The notes below the pieces were generated by a model. It worked only from the letters and a program-made list of their open reading frames with translations. It was not told where the DNA came from and did no database searches. A DNA stretch of 64,000 nt from Candidatus Wolfebacteria bacterium (lineage in GTDB: Bacteria > Patescibacteriota > Minisyncoccia > UBA6257 > UBA9933). The number at the start of each line of letters is the position of its first letter. Positions within the stretch are counted from its first letter, which is position 1. The translations under genes and the position numbers were made by a program. The stretch covers positions 1,174-65,173 of the forward strand of contig JANLIR010000005.1 in assembly GCA_024654025.1 (NCBI GenBank), read 5' to 3'. Below are positions 1 to 10,157 of the stretch, piece by piece.

Positions 1-379
1 CTTAAAAATTGCTTTTGCTTTGAAATCAAGCCGCGATAAGGCAATTAGCCAAGAGGGAGGAACTCCTTGGGGGATTCATTTTGTAAATACTTCCGGCGCT
101 CAGGGATACTATATTATTTTTAGCGGACCTGCTTATGCCGGCCAGATTTTTCCTAAAACCGAGTTAAATCCCGGAGTGCAGTTTTTAATGCCGGTTGCAA
201 GCAGTACGGTAAATATTGTTTTTTTAAATCCGTTTTTTTCTGCGACGTCTACCTATGCGACTCCATTCACAATGAATGGAGTATTAGCAGCAACAACAAG
301 TATTATAATCGCGTTAACGGACGACGAAACTTCTTCGTCCACCATAATCATTAACGCCAACGGAGACGTTCAATATTAA
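1..379 (+). CDS. pilin-like protein, C-terminal part (5' end outside window)
   Basis: The reading frame is open from base 2 with no upstream stop. The product is Ser/Thr/Asn-rich and sits directly upstream of three prepilin-type genes. Confidence 0.35.
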   Translation, partial: LKIAFALKSSRDKAISQEGGTPWGIHFVNTSGAQGYYIIFSGPAYAGQIFPKTELNPGVQFLMPVASSTVNIVFLNPFFSATSTYATPFTMNGVLAATTSIIIALTDDETSSSTIIINANGDVQY

Positions 380-383
380 ATTT

Positions 384-1409
384 ATGAATTTTAATAAATA
401 CCACAATTTAAAAGGGCAAGCTTTAATAGAAATTCTTTTAGGAATGGTTATAGGGATTATAATAATCGGAGGTATTGCGGGAATTTTAACTATAACTTTA
501 AAAGGCGATTTTAATACAAAAAATACCCAGCTTGCCGCATCGTTTGCTCAAGATTTAGTTGATAAAACTAAGTCTGTTTCAGAATCAAATTGGAATTATA
601 TTTATGGTTTAAATAAAGGAGGTTCAAGTCCTTATTATATTTATTACAACACAAGTACTTTTGTGGCGGAAATAAAAAGCGGAATTGAAACGGTAACCTC
701 GATAGACGGCAAAAATTTTAACCGATATTTTTACGTGGAAAATGTGAACCGAAATTATTGCGGAACCGGCGATATTTCCACTTCTTCGGCAACTGGCGCT
801 TGTTTAATTTGGCCGCCTTTTTTAACTTACGTTTCCGAAGACCCCTCGACTCAAAAAATTACCACTTTTATAAAATGGGACAGCGATACGCGTTCAATAA
901 AAGAAGTACAATATTTGATGCGTAATCTAAATAATGTATTTTCTCAAACCGAGTGGCAGGGCGGCGCCGGGCAGGAAAATTTTCCTATTTCAGGAAGCTC
1001 CACCCTTGTTAACGATAAATTTAGCGCGTCCACAAACACAAATTTTTCTTCGGCTGGTTCAATTACCATGTCAACAACAACATCGCCGGCTAATTTAACG
1101 TCTAGCGTTTTTGATACTTTTATTGCTTCTGGGAGCGCCATCAATTCAATTGTTTGGAAAGGTTTGCAGCTCCCAAACACATCTGTAAGTTTTCAAATTG
1201 CTTCTTCAAATAATTCTGGCGGGCCTTGGAATTATTTAGGCCCTGACAACACAAGTGGAAGCTATTACGTTCCCAATCAAAATACTTCAATCTCCGTAAA
1301 TCCGATAAATCATATGAATCAAAGATATTTCAGATACGAAATTTTTTTACAAACGACCGTAAGTCAAAGCCCCAGAGTTGACGACGTAATTATTAACTGG
1401 TCATTATAA
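384..1409 (+). CDS. type IV pilin-like protein (prepilin-type N-terminal cleavage/methylation domain)
   Basis: N-terminus reads KGQALIEILLGMVIGIIIIGG, a G|xxxxE prepilin signature followed by a hydrophobic helix. The rest is Ser/Thr/Asn-rich. Confidence 0.6.
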   Translation: MNFNKYHNLKGQALIEILLGMVIGIIIIGGIAGILTITLKGDFNTKNTQLAASFAQDLVDKTKSVSESNWNYIYGLNKGGSSPYYIYYNTSTFVAEIKSGIETVTSIDGKNFNRYFYVENVNRNYCGTGDISTSSATGACLIWPPFLTYVSEDPSTQKITTFIKWDSDTRSIKEVQYLMRNLNNVFSQTEWQGGAGQENFPISGSSTLVNDKFSASTNTNFSSAGSITMSTTTSPANLTSSVFDTFIASGSAINSIVWKGLQLPNTSVSFQIASSNNSGGPWNYLGPDNTSGSYYVPNQNTSISVNPINHMNQRYFRYEIFLQTTVSQSPRVDDVIINWSL

Positions 1410-1410
1410 A

Positions 1411-1881
1411 ATGAAAACCTTTACGAAAAATAGCCAGAAAGGAATGACATTCCTGCCTATGATTATTTTAATCAGCGCGATTATTTTGGAAATCGGAGCC
1501 ACGGTTGTGTTACTTGCTAACTTTTCAACGGAAAACGGTTATGGTTTTAAGAATTCCCAAGAGGCGTTTGCATTGGGGCGTTCCGGTATTTTTGACGCGA
1601 TTCTCCAGCTTGAAAGAAATAAAAACTACACCACCAACGGCATCGTATATTCTTTAAATATCGACATCGGAAAGTCATTCGAGGTTGTAGTTTGTAATAA
1701 TTCAAAAATTAATATTGCTAGTTCAACCTGCGATTTTGCGGCGCCTGGATACCAAAATAAAGCGGATATCATTTCTACCGGAAAAGTTGTTAATAAGAAC
1801 AGGCGATTGGAGGCAATTATTAATATAAATAGCGCCACCACCGAAATAAAAATCGAATCTTTAAAAGAAATCTCGATTTAA
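1411..1881 (+). CDS. pseudopilin/minor pilin-like protein
   Basis: N-terminus reads QKGMTFLPMIILISAIILEIG, a prepilin-like hydrophobic segment that lacks the canonical E5. It lies inside the pilin cluster. Confidence 0.4.
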   Translation: MKTFTKNSQKGMTFLPMIILISAIILEIGATVVLLANFSTENGYGFKNSQEAFALGRSGIFDAILQLERNKNYTTNGIVYSLNIDIGKSFEVVVCNNSKINIASSTCDFAAPGYQNKADIISTGKVVNKNRRLEAIININSATTEIKIESLKEISI

Positions 1882-1985
1882 TAAAAATTAGAGATTTAGC
1901 TAGTCTTTGTAACTATGTCTTTCGCGGCAGTTGAAACCGGGGAAAACTGATGAATTCCTCCGCTTAATATGATAGAATTTATTTA

Positions 1986-2732
1986 ATGCATGAATTTAAA
2001 ATAAAAACAAAAGCTTTTTCAATATTGGAAGTGGTCATTTACATAACTATTTTTACGGCAGTTATCGGTTTAGTAATCGGAATATTTATAAGCACCGTCA
2101 AAATAGGAAACAGAGAAACCGCTTCGGCCGAAGTTACTAGCCAATTGAATTTTGTTTTGCAATATGTAGAGAGGTTAGCCAAGCAGTCTTCTAATTTTGA
2201 TATTGTATCTGGCACAACAACGTCGACTTTAAAACTAAGAATGCCAGCACCGTCTAGTAGTCCTACTTGTGTATTTCTTTCCGGCGGAGTTATTAAAATT
2301 GCCGGACCAGACGCATCAAATCGAAATTGTGATTTTGTGAACGCAACAAACCTAACTAACGGTAAAGTTACTGTTGATAGGTTAAATTTTACAAAAATAA
2401 CGTTTTATCCCGGCCACGACAATGTTTTAATTGACGTGCAATTAACATATAACAGCTCTGACCCTCAAAGCAGAGTAGTTAGAAGCTTGCAGTCGGCGAT
2501 TTCTCGAGTTTCAGCCGCCACTTTTGACGATAATTTACTCCCGGGAAGCGACAATACATTTGATTTTGGACTTACCGGCACGCGATGGAGAAACGGTTTA
2601 TTCTCTGGAAATTTACGGGCTGGTTCTGATTCTTCTCACGGTTTGATTTTGACTTCTCCTAACGGCACCTGTTATCGCCTTACGGTTAGCGATGCCGGGA
2701 CCTTATCTACGATTTCTATAACCTGTCCTTAA
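1986..2732 (+). CDS. type IV pilin-like protein
   Basis: N-terminus reads KAFSILEVVIYITIFTAVIGLVIG, i.e. A|FSILE with E at +5 and a hydrophobic helix. Confidence 0.6.
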   Translation: MHEFKIKTKAFSILEVVIYITIFTAVIGLVIGIFISTVKIGNRETASAEVTSQLNFVLQYVERLAKQSSNFDIVSGTTTSTLKLRMPAPSSSPTCVFLSGGVIKIAGPDASNRNCDFVNATNLTNGKVTVDRLNFTKITFYPGHDNVLIDVQLTYNSSDPQSRVVRSLQSAISRVSAATFDDNLLPGSDNTFDFGLTGTRWRNGLFSGNLRAGSDSSHGLILTSPNGTCYRLTVSDAGTLSTISITCP

Positions 2733-2845
2733 TAAAAAATAAAAACGGATATGGTTCGATCTATTTAATGTGGGGCGACGATAGTTATAATATCCACTTA
2801 TCTTTATTGACTTTTTATTCAAGATGCTTTAATTTATTACTTATT

Positions 2846-3187
2846 ATGAAATTTGCCGTAATCGAAACCGGGGGGAAACAATATAAAGTTTCTGCCGGAC
2901 AAAAAATAAAAGTTGAAAAAATAAAAACCTCCTCCAAAGGCGAGGCTCGTCAAGTACGACAAGAGGGTGAAATTTTTGTTTTTGACAAGGTTCTTTTGGT
3001 TTCAGAAGGGGATAAAACCGAGGTTGGAGCGCCTCATATTGATGGCGCTAAAGTGGAGGCAAAAATTTTAAAAAACAGCCGCGACAAAAAGAAAATTGTT
3101 TTCAAGTACCATTCCAAAACCCGTTATCGCAAGAAAAAAGGCCACCGCCAACACTTCACGGAAGTTGAGATAACCAAGATAACTTAA
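2846..3187 (+). CDS. rplU: 50S ribosomal protein L21
   Basis: Product begins MKFAVIETGGKQYKV..., a typical L21 N-terminus. I use the internal Met at 2846 rather than the upstream ORF start at 2768. Confidence 0.85.
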   Translation: MKFAVIETGGKQYKVSAGQKIKVEKIKTSSKGEARQVRQEGEIFVFDKVLLVSEGDKTEVGAPHIDGAKVEAKILKNSRDKKKIVFKYHSKTRYRKKKGHRQHFTEVEITKIT

Positions 3188-3190
3188 ATT

Positions 3191-3787
3191 CTAAATCCTT
3201 CGCTCTAGCGCTTGTCCGAGCGTGTCTTCATCGGCAAATTCGATTTCTCCGCCGGTCGGTATGCCTCTGCCGAGCCGGGTTATTTTTTTTGACAAACCTT
3301 GCAGTTCTTTGGAAATAAGCAGCGCATTCAAATCTCCATAGGTAGTCGGATTAATGCCGATAATTATTTCATCAATTTGCCCACCTCGATTTTTAATTAA
3401 ATTTTTTAAACTATTAAGCCGTAATTTCTGGGAGCTTTCCAAAACCCCGCTTTTAGTAAGCTCTCCCAAAATCAAATACTTGCCCGGATATTTTTTGGTT
3501 CGTTCAATCGAAATTAAATCCGTTTCTTTTTCGATAATCATCACAACGGTGTTTTTCCTGTTTTTATCTCGGCAAATATTACACAAATTATCGGAATTAG
3601 AGTGGATAAAAAAACACTCGGAACAAATTTTAATATTTTTCAAGTTGCCAACCGCTTTTGACGTTTCTTCAATGTTTGCTTTACCGCTATTTACCAAATG
3701 AAAAGCCAGTCTTGTGGCTTGCCGCGGACCGATTGAGGGCAACTTGGAAAACGTGTCAATAAAAAGTTTGATAGATTCGGGGTACAT
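3191..3787 (-). CDS. recR: recombination protein RecR
   Basis: Helix-hairpin-helix segment LPSIGPRQATRLAFHL, a C4 zinc finger (CSEC...CNIC) and a Toprim-type region. Confidence 0.9.
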   Translation of the reverse strand: MYPESIKLFIDTFSKLPSIGPRQATRLAFHLVNSGKANIEETSKAVGNLKNIKICSECFFIHSNSDNLCNICRDKNRKNTVVMIIEKETDLISIERTKKYPGKYLILGELTKSGVLESSQKLRLNSLKNLIKNRGGQIDEIIIGINPTTYGDLNALLISKELQGLSKKITRLGRGIPTGGEIEFADEDTLGQALERRI

Positions 3788-3790
3788 AAA

Positions 3791-5125
3791 TTAAGAATGA
3801 ATAGACGTTATTTCTTTAAAGCTGGCTTTTTCCGGATCGAATTTAAGCGGAACCGTTCCTAGAGGCCCGTTTCTGTGTTTGGATATTATGATTTCGGCGG
3901 TATTTATTTCTTCAGGCGAAGGATTTAATTTATCGCGATCTTTCCGGTAAATAAACATAACCACATCCGCATCCTGCTCCCAAGAACCCGTTTCACGAAG
4001 ATCCGATAAGCGGGGGATTTTAATTTCCCTTTGGTCCACAGCCCTGTTTAATTGCGATACCGCTAAAACCGGAACGTTTAATTCTTTGGCAAGGGCTTTT
4101 AGTCCATGGCTTATTTCGGTAAATTGTTGGACGATGTTTTCAGAATTGGAACTAGACGTTATTAATTGAACATAATCAATAACAATAAGTCCTAAGCCGT
4201 GTTCCATTTGCATTCTCCGGCCCATTGACCTTAGCTGTAAAAGCGTTGGCGATGGCGTATCGTCTATGATAATCGGCATTGTTGAAAGCCGGTCAAGCGC
4301 TTCGCGGATCATTTCGAATTCAATTTCATCGGTTAACCGCCCGGTTCTTAACCGCCATAAATCAACCTGCGCTTCTGCCGCGATAAGCCTATCAATAATT
4401 TGGTCTTTGGACATTTCTAAAGAAAAAATTGCCACAGGCACGCCGGCTTTTGAAGCGTTTCGGACAAAATCAAGAACAAGCGAGGTTTTTCCCAAGGATG
4501 GCCTTGCTCCTAAAATAATCAAATCGGATTTTTGAAATCCCGAAAGATATTTATCAAGTTCGACAAATCCGCTTGTCACTCCGCGCAACCCCCTTTCTCC
4601 CCGGTTCATTTTTTCGATTCGCTCGTACGCCTCGCTCAAATGTTCTTTGACAAGAGAATAAGTTGGTAAAAGTGATTTTTGGCTGATTGAAAATATTTTT
4701 TGCTCTATTTTGTCCAAAACATTTTCGACATCTTCCTGATTATTGAAGGCTTGTTCGGTAATTTCTCCCGAAACTTGTATTAAGTCGCGCAGTATTTTTT
4801 TCTGATGAACAATTTTTCCATAATGGAAAACATGGGCGCTTGAAGGCACCATATTTATCAAATCGGTAAGATAAGTTGATCCGCCGGCATCAGTAAGCAA
4901 GTTTTTATCTTTCAGTTTATTGGTGACTGTTAAAATATCAATCGGTTCCGATTTTTTGAAAAGCTCTATTATAGCGGCGTAAATCTTTGCGTTAGCCGGC
5001 TGATAAAAATCTTCGGCGGCGATTGAATCCGCCACTTTGATAATGGCGTTTCCGTCTATCATCAGCGCGCCTAATAATGATTTTTCTGCCTCCAAATCTT
5101 GTGGAGGAATTTTTATTATGCTCAT
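3791..5125 (-). CDS. dnaB: replicative DNA helicase DnaB
   Basis: Walker A motif GARPSLGKTSLVLDF and DnaB-like N-terminal and C-terminal domain organisation. Confidence 0.9.
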   Translation of the reverse strand: MSIIKIPPQDLEAEKSLLGALMIDGNAIIKVADSIAAEDFYQPANAKIYAAIIELFKKSEPIDILTVTNKLKDKNLLTDAGGSTYLTDLINMVPSSAHVFHYGKIVHQKKILRDLIQVSGEITEQAFNNQEDVENVLDKIEQKIFSISQKSLLPTYSLVKEHLSEAYERIEKMNRGERGLRGVTSGFVELDKYLSGFQKSDLIILGARPSLGKTSLVLDFVRNASKAGVPVAIFSLEMSKDQIIDRLIAAEAQVDLWRLRTGRLTDEIEFEMIREALDRLSTMPIIIDDTPSPTLLQLRSMGRRMQMEHGLGLIVIDYVQLITSSSNSENIVQQFTEISHGLKALAKELNVPVLAVSQLNRAVDQREIKIPRLSDLRETGSWEQDADVVMFIYRKDRDKLNPSPEEINTAEIIISKHRNGPLGTVPLKFDPEKASFKEITSIHS

Positions 5126-5141
5126 TTTGTAAATTTTAACT

Positions 5142-6518
5142 TCAACGCTTGGTTACGAACGGTCCCAGCGGCGTATCCTTTATTAAGTATCCTAAACGTT
5201 CTATTTTAATTCTCAAGCGGTCGGCGGGGACAAACTGTTTATTTTGCCTCGATAACTGCCTTTCCTGGGCTAATTTCGCTATTTTTAGGGGTATTTCTGT
5301 AGAAGCGTAGTTTATTTCAAATAGTTTTAAAAGCTTGTTTATAGACGTTTTTATCGCTATCGCTTCTTTTTTTGAAAGCTTCCATAATTTGGGGTTTATT
5401 TGGTTTATGAGATTAAAAATTTCTGATAGCGCCTTAGGAGTGTTGAAATCGTCGTCCAGCGCTTTTTTAAAATCATTTTCGAATTTTTCTAATATTTTTT
5501 TTATGTTTGTTCCGCCCTTTTTATTTACGGCGTTTAACTCCACAAATTTTAAAGTTGTTATAAAATCTTCAATATTTTTTAGAGATTTTTTTGCCGACGC
5601 TAAAACTTCATCGTTGTAATTAATAGGGGAACGGTAATGATGGGAAAGCGCAATCATTCTTAAATCGCTGCTGGAATTTTTTTTCAGGAATTCGCGGATA
5701 GTTATAAAATTATTCAAGCTTTTGGACATCTTGTCGCCGTTGATAAGCAAAAAGCCGGTATGCATCCAAATTTTCACGAACGGTTTTTTCCCTGAAGCCG
5801 ATTCTTGTTGGGCTATTTCCGATTCATGATGGGGGAATTTTAAATCGTTTGCTCCGCCATGAATATCGTATTGGGGACCGAAAAATTTTTCGGTTATTGC
5901 CGTATCTTCTATGTGCCAGCCTGGCCTGCCCCAACCCCAAGGCGAATCCCAGCCAATGTTTTCTTTGGTTTCTTTCCAAAGCGCAAAATCAAGCGGATCT
6001 TTTTTTTGCGGGTCTTGTTCAATTCTGTATCCATGCCTTAGTTCGCTTAAATTTTGTTTTGAGAGATTGCCGTAATTAGTGAATTTTTTAACCTGGAAAT
6101 AAACTCCGTTTTTTGTTTCGTAAGCGAAGTTTTTTTTCAAAAGAACGGCGATTTGTTTTTGAATTTCTTTGATATATTTGCTGGCAGGAGCGTATTTATC
6201 AACCGAATTTATATTCAGCGCTTTTATGTCTGTGTAATATTCCTTTTCAAATTGTTTCGCCAGTTTTTCGGGTCTGATATTTTTGTCTTTTGCCCTGTTT
6301 ATGATTTTATCGTCAATATCGGTTATATTTTGCAAATAAAAAACCTTATTTTTTAAAAAACGAAGGTATTTAACAAAACTATCAAATATTATGTAGGTCC
6401 GGGCGTGTCCTATGTGCGAATAATCGTAAACCGTTGGCCCGCAAACAAAAAGCTTAAGGCCGTTTTTTGGTTTTTTTACCGCTATTTTTTTGCCGCTAAG
6501 AGTGTCTAAAATGCGCAT
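5142..6518 (-). CDS. cysS: cysteine--tRNA ligase
   Basis: CGPTVYDYSHIGHAR (HIGH motif) and KMSKSLNNF (KMSKS motif), with the class I aaRS layout. Confidence 0.9.
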   Translation of the reverse strand: MRILDTLSGKKIAVKKPKNGLKLFVCGPTVYDYSHIGHARTYIIFDSFVKYLRFLKNKVFYLQNITDIDDKIINRAKDKNIRPEKLAKQFEKEYYTDIKALNINSVDKYAPASKYIKEIQKQIAVLLKKNFAYETKNGVYFQVKKFTNYGNLSKQNLSELRHGYRIEQDPQKKDPLDFALWKETKENIGWDSPWGWGRPGWHIEDTAITEKFFGPQYDIHGGANDLKFPHHESEIAQQESASGKKPFVKIWMHTGFLLINGDKMSKSLNNFITIREFLKKNSSSDLRMIALSHHYRSPINYNDEVLASAKKSLKNIEDFITTLKFVELNAVNKKGGTNIKKILEKFENDFKKALDDDFNTPKALSEIFNLINQINPKLWKLSKKEAIAIKTSINKLLKLFEINYASTEIPLKIAKLAQERQLSRQNKQFVPADRLRIKIERLGYLIKDTPLGPFVTKR

Positions 6519-6611
6519 GAATAATTATTGAAGGATTATTTAGAGTTTATTTTAAAATTAGCCCTTTCGCAAGCTGGCGCTTTCGCGATTAAATGGTAAA
6601 ATATTTATATT

Positions 6612-7736
6612 ATGGATCAAGATTTGTATCCAATTTTTGTGATTGTGATGGCTTTGCTGTTAGCCGTAGTGTTTGCCGGGCATTATCTTATTTACTATTC
6701 AACAGTTAAATTTTTTTCAGTTGCAACCGCGCAAACAAAAGCGATTTTGGGGCTAGTCCTTTTAGGACTGGCGCTTAGTTTTTTTGTAACGTCAATCCTG
6801 GCCCGTCTAAGCGAAAATTTTGTAACCAGAACGCTTTATTTTTTATCAACTTTATGGCTTGGCGTGGCAACAACACTACTCGCTGTTTTTATCGCCAGTT
6901 GGGTTGTAATTTGGATTTCCAAATACTTTAGCTGGCAGATTAATTTAATTGCTTTAGGCGTTGTGGCTTTAATATTTTCATTCGCGTATTCGGCGTATGG
7001 AATTTGGAACGCGTATAATCCGGTCATAAAAGAAATTACCGTAAACATAAAAAATCTTCCGCCCCAATGGAAAGACAAAAAAGCCGCCCAACTTTCCGAT
7101 GTTCATTTAGGCCACGTTCTAAGAGCCGGGTTTATGCAAAAAGTAGTTGACGAAACTAATGCTCAAAAACCGGACATCATTTTTATTACCGGTGATTTGT
7201 TTGACGGAATGGACGGCGATTTAGCGCAACTCGCAAAGCCTTTAAGTAATATTAAAGCGCCGCTCGGAACTTATTACGTAACCGGGAATCACGAAACTTA
7301 TTTAGGAGTTGAAAATGCTTACTCTGCTTTAAAAACTACTCCTGTCAAAACTTTAAAAGACCAGCTAGTTAATATTGACGGCATGCAAATAATCGGAATT
7401 TCTTATCCTGAACGGGGATTTTCAAAAGACATAGGCCAGGTTATTAAAAATTTAGCATATTTTAATCCGCAAAATCCGTCTATTCTTTTGTGGCACGACC
7501 CCACAAAGATTGACCAGGTAAAACAAGCCGGCGTTAGTCTGCAATTATCCGGGCATACTCATCACGGCCAAATTTTCCCAATTAATCTTGTTTCGCGTTT
7601 AGTATACGGAAAATATTATACCGGCCTTCATCAAGAAGAGAACTACTCGATTTATACTTCAAACGGCGTCGGCGTTTGGGGTCCCACTATGCGCACCGGC
7701 AGTCGTCCGGAAATTGTTATTATAAAATTTAAATAA
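6612..7736 (+). CDS. membrane-anchored calcineurin-like metallophosphoesterase
   Basis: N-terminal transmembrane helices followed by LSDVHLGH...ITGDLFDG...GNHE metallophosphatase motifs. Confidence 0.7.
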   Translation: MDQDLYPIFVIVMALLLAVVFAGHYLIYYSTVKFFSVATAQTKAILGLVLLGLALSFFVTSILARLSENFVTRTLYFLSTLWLGVATTLLAVFIASWVVIWISKYFSWQINLIALGVVALIFSFAYSAYGIWNAYNPVIKEITVNIKNLPPQWKDKKAAQLSDVHLGHVLRAGFMQKVVDETNAQKPDIIFITGDLFDGMDGDLAQLAKPLSNIKAPLGTYYVTGNHETYLGVENAYSALKTTPVKTLKDQLVNIDGMQIIGISYPERGFSKDIGQVIKNLAYFNPQNPSILLWHDPTKIDQVKQAGVSLQLSGHTHHGQIFPINLVSRLVYGKYYTGLHQEENYSIYTSNGVGVWGPTMRTGSRPEIVIIKFK

Positions 7737-7737
7737 A

Positions 7738-8160
7738 ATGTGGATTGTCTATGCGTTTTTCTCGGCAATTACCGCGGCGCTCGTGACGATATTGGCTAAA
7801 GCGGGACTAAAAAATATTGATGTTATTTTAGCGACCACAATCCGCGCGATTATTATGGTTGCGGTTTTGTTGCTTATAACCGCGACTTTGGGAAAATTTA
7901 ACGGTTTTTCCTTTAAATTTTTAGCCGGAAGAGATTGGTGGTTGATAATTGCCGCCGGAATTTTCGGCGCGCTCTCGTGGCTGTTTTATTTTATGGCGTT
8001 AAAATACGGATTGGCTTCGCATGTGGCGGCAATTGATAAATTAAGCTTGGTTTTTATAATTATTTTTAGCCTTCTATTTTTGAAAGAATCATTTCATTGG
8101 CTGGTAATTTTAGGAGGTCTTTTAATGGCTATCGGCGCGATTTTAATAAGCATAAAATAA
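7738..8160 (+). CDS. EamA/DMT-family small membrane transporter
   Basis: 140 aa with four transmembrane helices in an EamA-like repeat pattern. Confidence 0.55.
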   Translation: MWIVYAFFSAITAALVTILAKAGLKNIDVILATTIRAIIMVAVLLLITATLGKFNGFSFKFLAGRDWWLIIAAGIFGALSWLFYFMALKYGLASHVAAIDKLSLVFIIIFSLLFLKESFHWLVILGGLLMAIGAILISIK

Positions 8161-8168
8161 ATTATTTT

Positions 8169-9767
8169 TTATTTTATAATCGTTGTATAAGACCCTTCTG
8201 GTATCTGATTAATTTGAGAAGGTAATTTGTAATAAATATTTTTTTTAACTTGTTTTTCCGGAGTGAAAGTGTCGGTTATAAACATAACAGTTTGGCTGGG
8301 CATGGGAATACCTCTGACTTCAGCGCCGGATGCTTGAATTATAACGAATTTCGGCCTCTCCGGCGGTAAATTATTTAATTCCCGCCCAATCGCGACATAA
8401 TCAGCCGCGAAAGCGCCCTGAACATTGTGATTTTTGCCCCAGACAATGAAATAATCATAATAAGCGTTAAAAGGAAGAAATATTAAGAATACTACGCTGG
8501 CGGTAAATAAAAATTTTCTAAAAATTCCGTGCTCAAATTCGCCGAAATAATTTTTTAAAAATTCATAAAGCCACACCCCACCGAATCCGGCTAAAATAAA
8601 AACCGGCGGAATCATTATAATTGATCGAAGCGCGTGAGGAATGCCTTCGTTTGAAATTACTACCGGAAGAGAAACAATAGCCAGCGCTGAAAATAAAATC
8701 CAAGAAGAGAATCTGATTGTTTTATCGCGGTCATTTAGCGGCTTTTTAAAAATACCGATAAGACTGAATAAAACGCCAATTAAAAATATTGTTCCCACTG
8801 GCCAAAATAATTGGGGGCTGCCGGAAATATTATGCCGCCAGTTATAATCGCCGACAACGCCAAACATTCCTAAAGTTTTTAGCGTATTAAGCGCCAAGTT
8901 TTTTAACGGCGCTTCAGAGCTAAAAACAGAAACTTGTGAAGTTCTGCCCATAAAATCCGCCGGGTTTTTCAAAAAATGATATCCCAAAGGCGCGAAAGCC
9001 AAAAGAGAAAAAATTGCAAAAACAATAAAAATTTTTACAGTGGCCTTTCTTGATTCTTTATGGGCAAAAAACCACATTCCGAAAACAATTAGAATCAAAA
9101 GCGGCGTGGCTCGATAAGCGATATAGCTGTGCATTCCTAATCCGTAAACAAGGCCTGAAATAATTCCGTACAAAAGCCATTTTTGATTCCGCAGTCCTTT
9201 TAAAAGAAAATACAAAGCCCAGGTTAGGAAAAACGGCGCCATTATCGCTCTAAATCCGATACGCGAAAAATTTATATGCCAAAAACTCGTGGCAATCAGA
9301 AAGGCGCTGAGTAATGCGATTTTTTGGTTCAGCGGAATTATTTTATTTTCTGTTTGTCGTTCGTCGTGCGTAGTTCGTAGTTTTACAAAGAGCTCTTTTG
9401 CCAAAAAATAAACGCCCAAAACCGTAAGTATGCCGAATATAACGCTTACTATTCGAAGCGCCCAAGGTTCATTGCCAAAAGTTTCAATTGAAAGACCCTG
9501 TATGTTTATAAATAATCCCTCGCGTCCATTATTTTCCGGGTAAAAAACTTTCCAATTACCGGTTGAAATTGCTTCCAGCGCGTTGTTGCCGTTCATTGCT
9601 TCGTCCGGATAAAGTCCCGGCGGCAAACTTTTTATGTTGTAAGCCCTGAGAAAACCGGCTATAATTAGTATAACTAGCAATAAAATAAAAGAAAAAGATT
9701 TTTTTCTTCCTTTATTATCCATATAATTTTGATGTAATTTTATATTATGAACGACCAAATTAATCAT
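8169..9767 (-). CDS. PMT_2/ArnT-like (GT39/GT83) membrane glycosyltransferase
   Basis: Polytopic membrane protein with an LYPDEAMNG DE motif in the first loop, which is the family signature. Confidence 0.6.
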   Translation of the reverse strand: MINLVVHNIKLHQNYMDNKGRKKSFSFILLLVILIIAGFLRAYNIKSLPPGLYPDEAMNGNNALEAISTGNWKVFYPENNGREGLFINIQGLSIETFGNEPWALRIVSVIFGILTVLGVYFLAKELFVKLRTTHDERQTENKIIPLNQKIALLSAFLIATSFWHINFSRIGFRAIMAPFFLTWALYFLLKGLRNQKWLLYGIISGLVYGLGMHSYIAYRATPLLILIVFGMWFFAHKESRKATVKIFIVFAIFSLLAFAPLGYHFLKNPADFMGRTSQVSVFSSEAPLKNLALNTLKTLGMFGVVGDYNWRHNISGSPQLFWPVGTIFLIGVLFSLIGIFKKPLNDRDKTIRFSSWILFSALAIVSLPVVISNEGIPHALRSIIMIPPVFILAGFGGVWLYEFLKNYFGEFEHGIFRKFLFTASVVFLIFLPFNAYYDYFIVWGKNHNVQGAFAADYVAIGRELNNLPPERPKFVIIQASGAEVRGIPMPSQTVMFITDTFTPEKQVKKNIYYKLPSQINQIPEGSYTTIIK

Positions 9768-10145
9768 AACATATTAGAGCAGGACATTGAACGTTTAAGC
9801 CGGCAAATCAAAGAAAATAAAAATAACCCGGAGTTTAAAGAAATTTCAGAGAGAGAACTTATAAAACGTTCGCTCGGACCGATTGTTAGAAAACAAATTT
9901 TGGGACAACCGATAGATTTTTCTCCGGCTAAGCCGTTTCAAACGACTGTTTTGCCCAACTATCTCATAGACGCGCCAGATGAAATAAAAATCAAAGTTGA
10001 AAAACTTATTGATATGACTTTTCACCAAGGCATTGAAAAAACAGTTGATGAAGCCCAGAAATTCGGCCCGTTTGTTTTAGACGCATACCATGACGCGTTG
10101 ACCGATAAGCTTCACGCCGAATTAAAAGAACGCAATTTGATTTAA
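9747..10145 (+). CDS. hypothetical protein
   Basis: ORF only; no recognisable motif. Confidence 0.3.
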   Translation: MNDQINHNILEQDIERLSRQIKENKNNPEFKEISERELIKRSLGPIVRKQILGQPIDFSPAKPFQTTVLPNYLIDAPDEIKIKVEKLIDMTFHQGIEKTVDEAQKFGPFVLDAYHDALTDKLHAELKERNLI

Positions 10146-10157
10146 GGTTGATTTAAA

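Noticed and set aside
944-1180. Minus-strand 78-aa ORF inside the pilin-like gene
   Set aside because: It overlaps a better-supported gene with pilin features on the opposite strand and has no start context or motif.
2768-2845. N-terminal 26-aa extension of L21 in the ORF track
   Set aside because: L21 proteins start at MKFAVIE..., and the extension has no conservation.
4266-4535. Plus-strand ORF within dnaB, and similar antisense ORFs inside cysS, groEL, gltX, secA, typA, thyA and others
   Set aside because: These are antisense ORFs within strongly supported conserved genes, typical of random frames.
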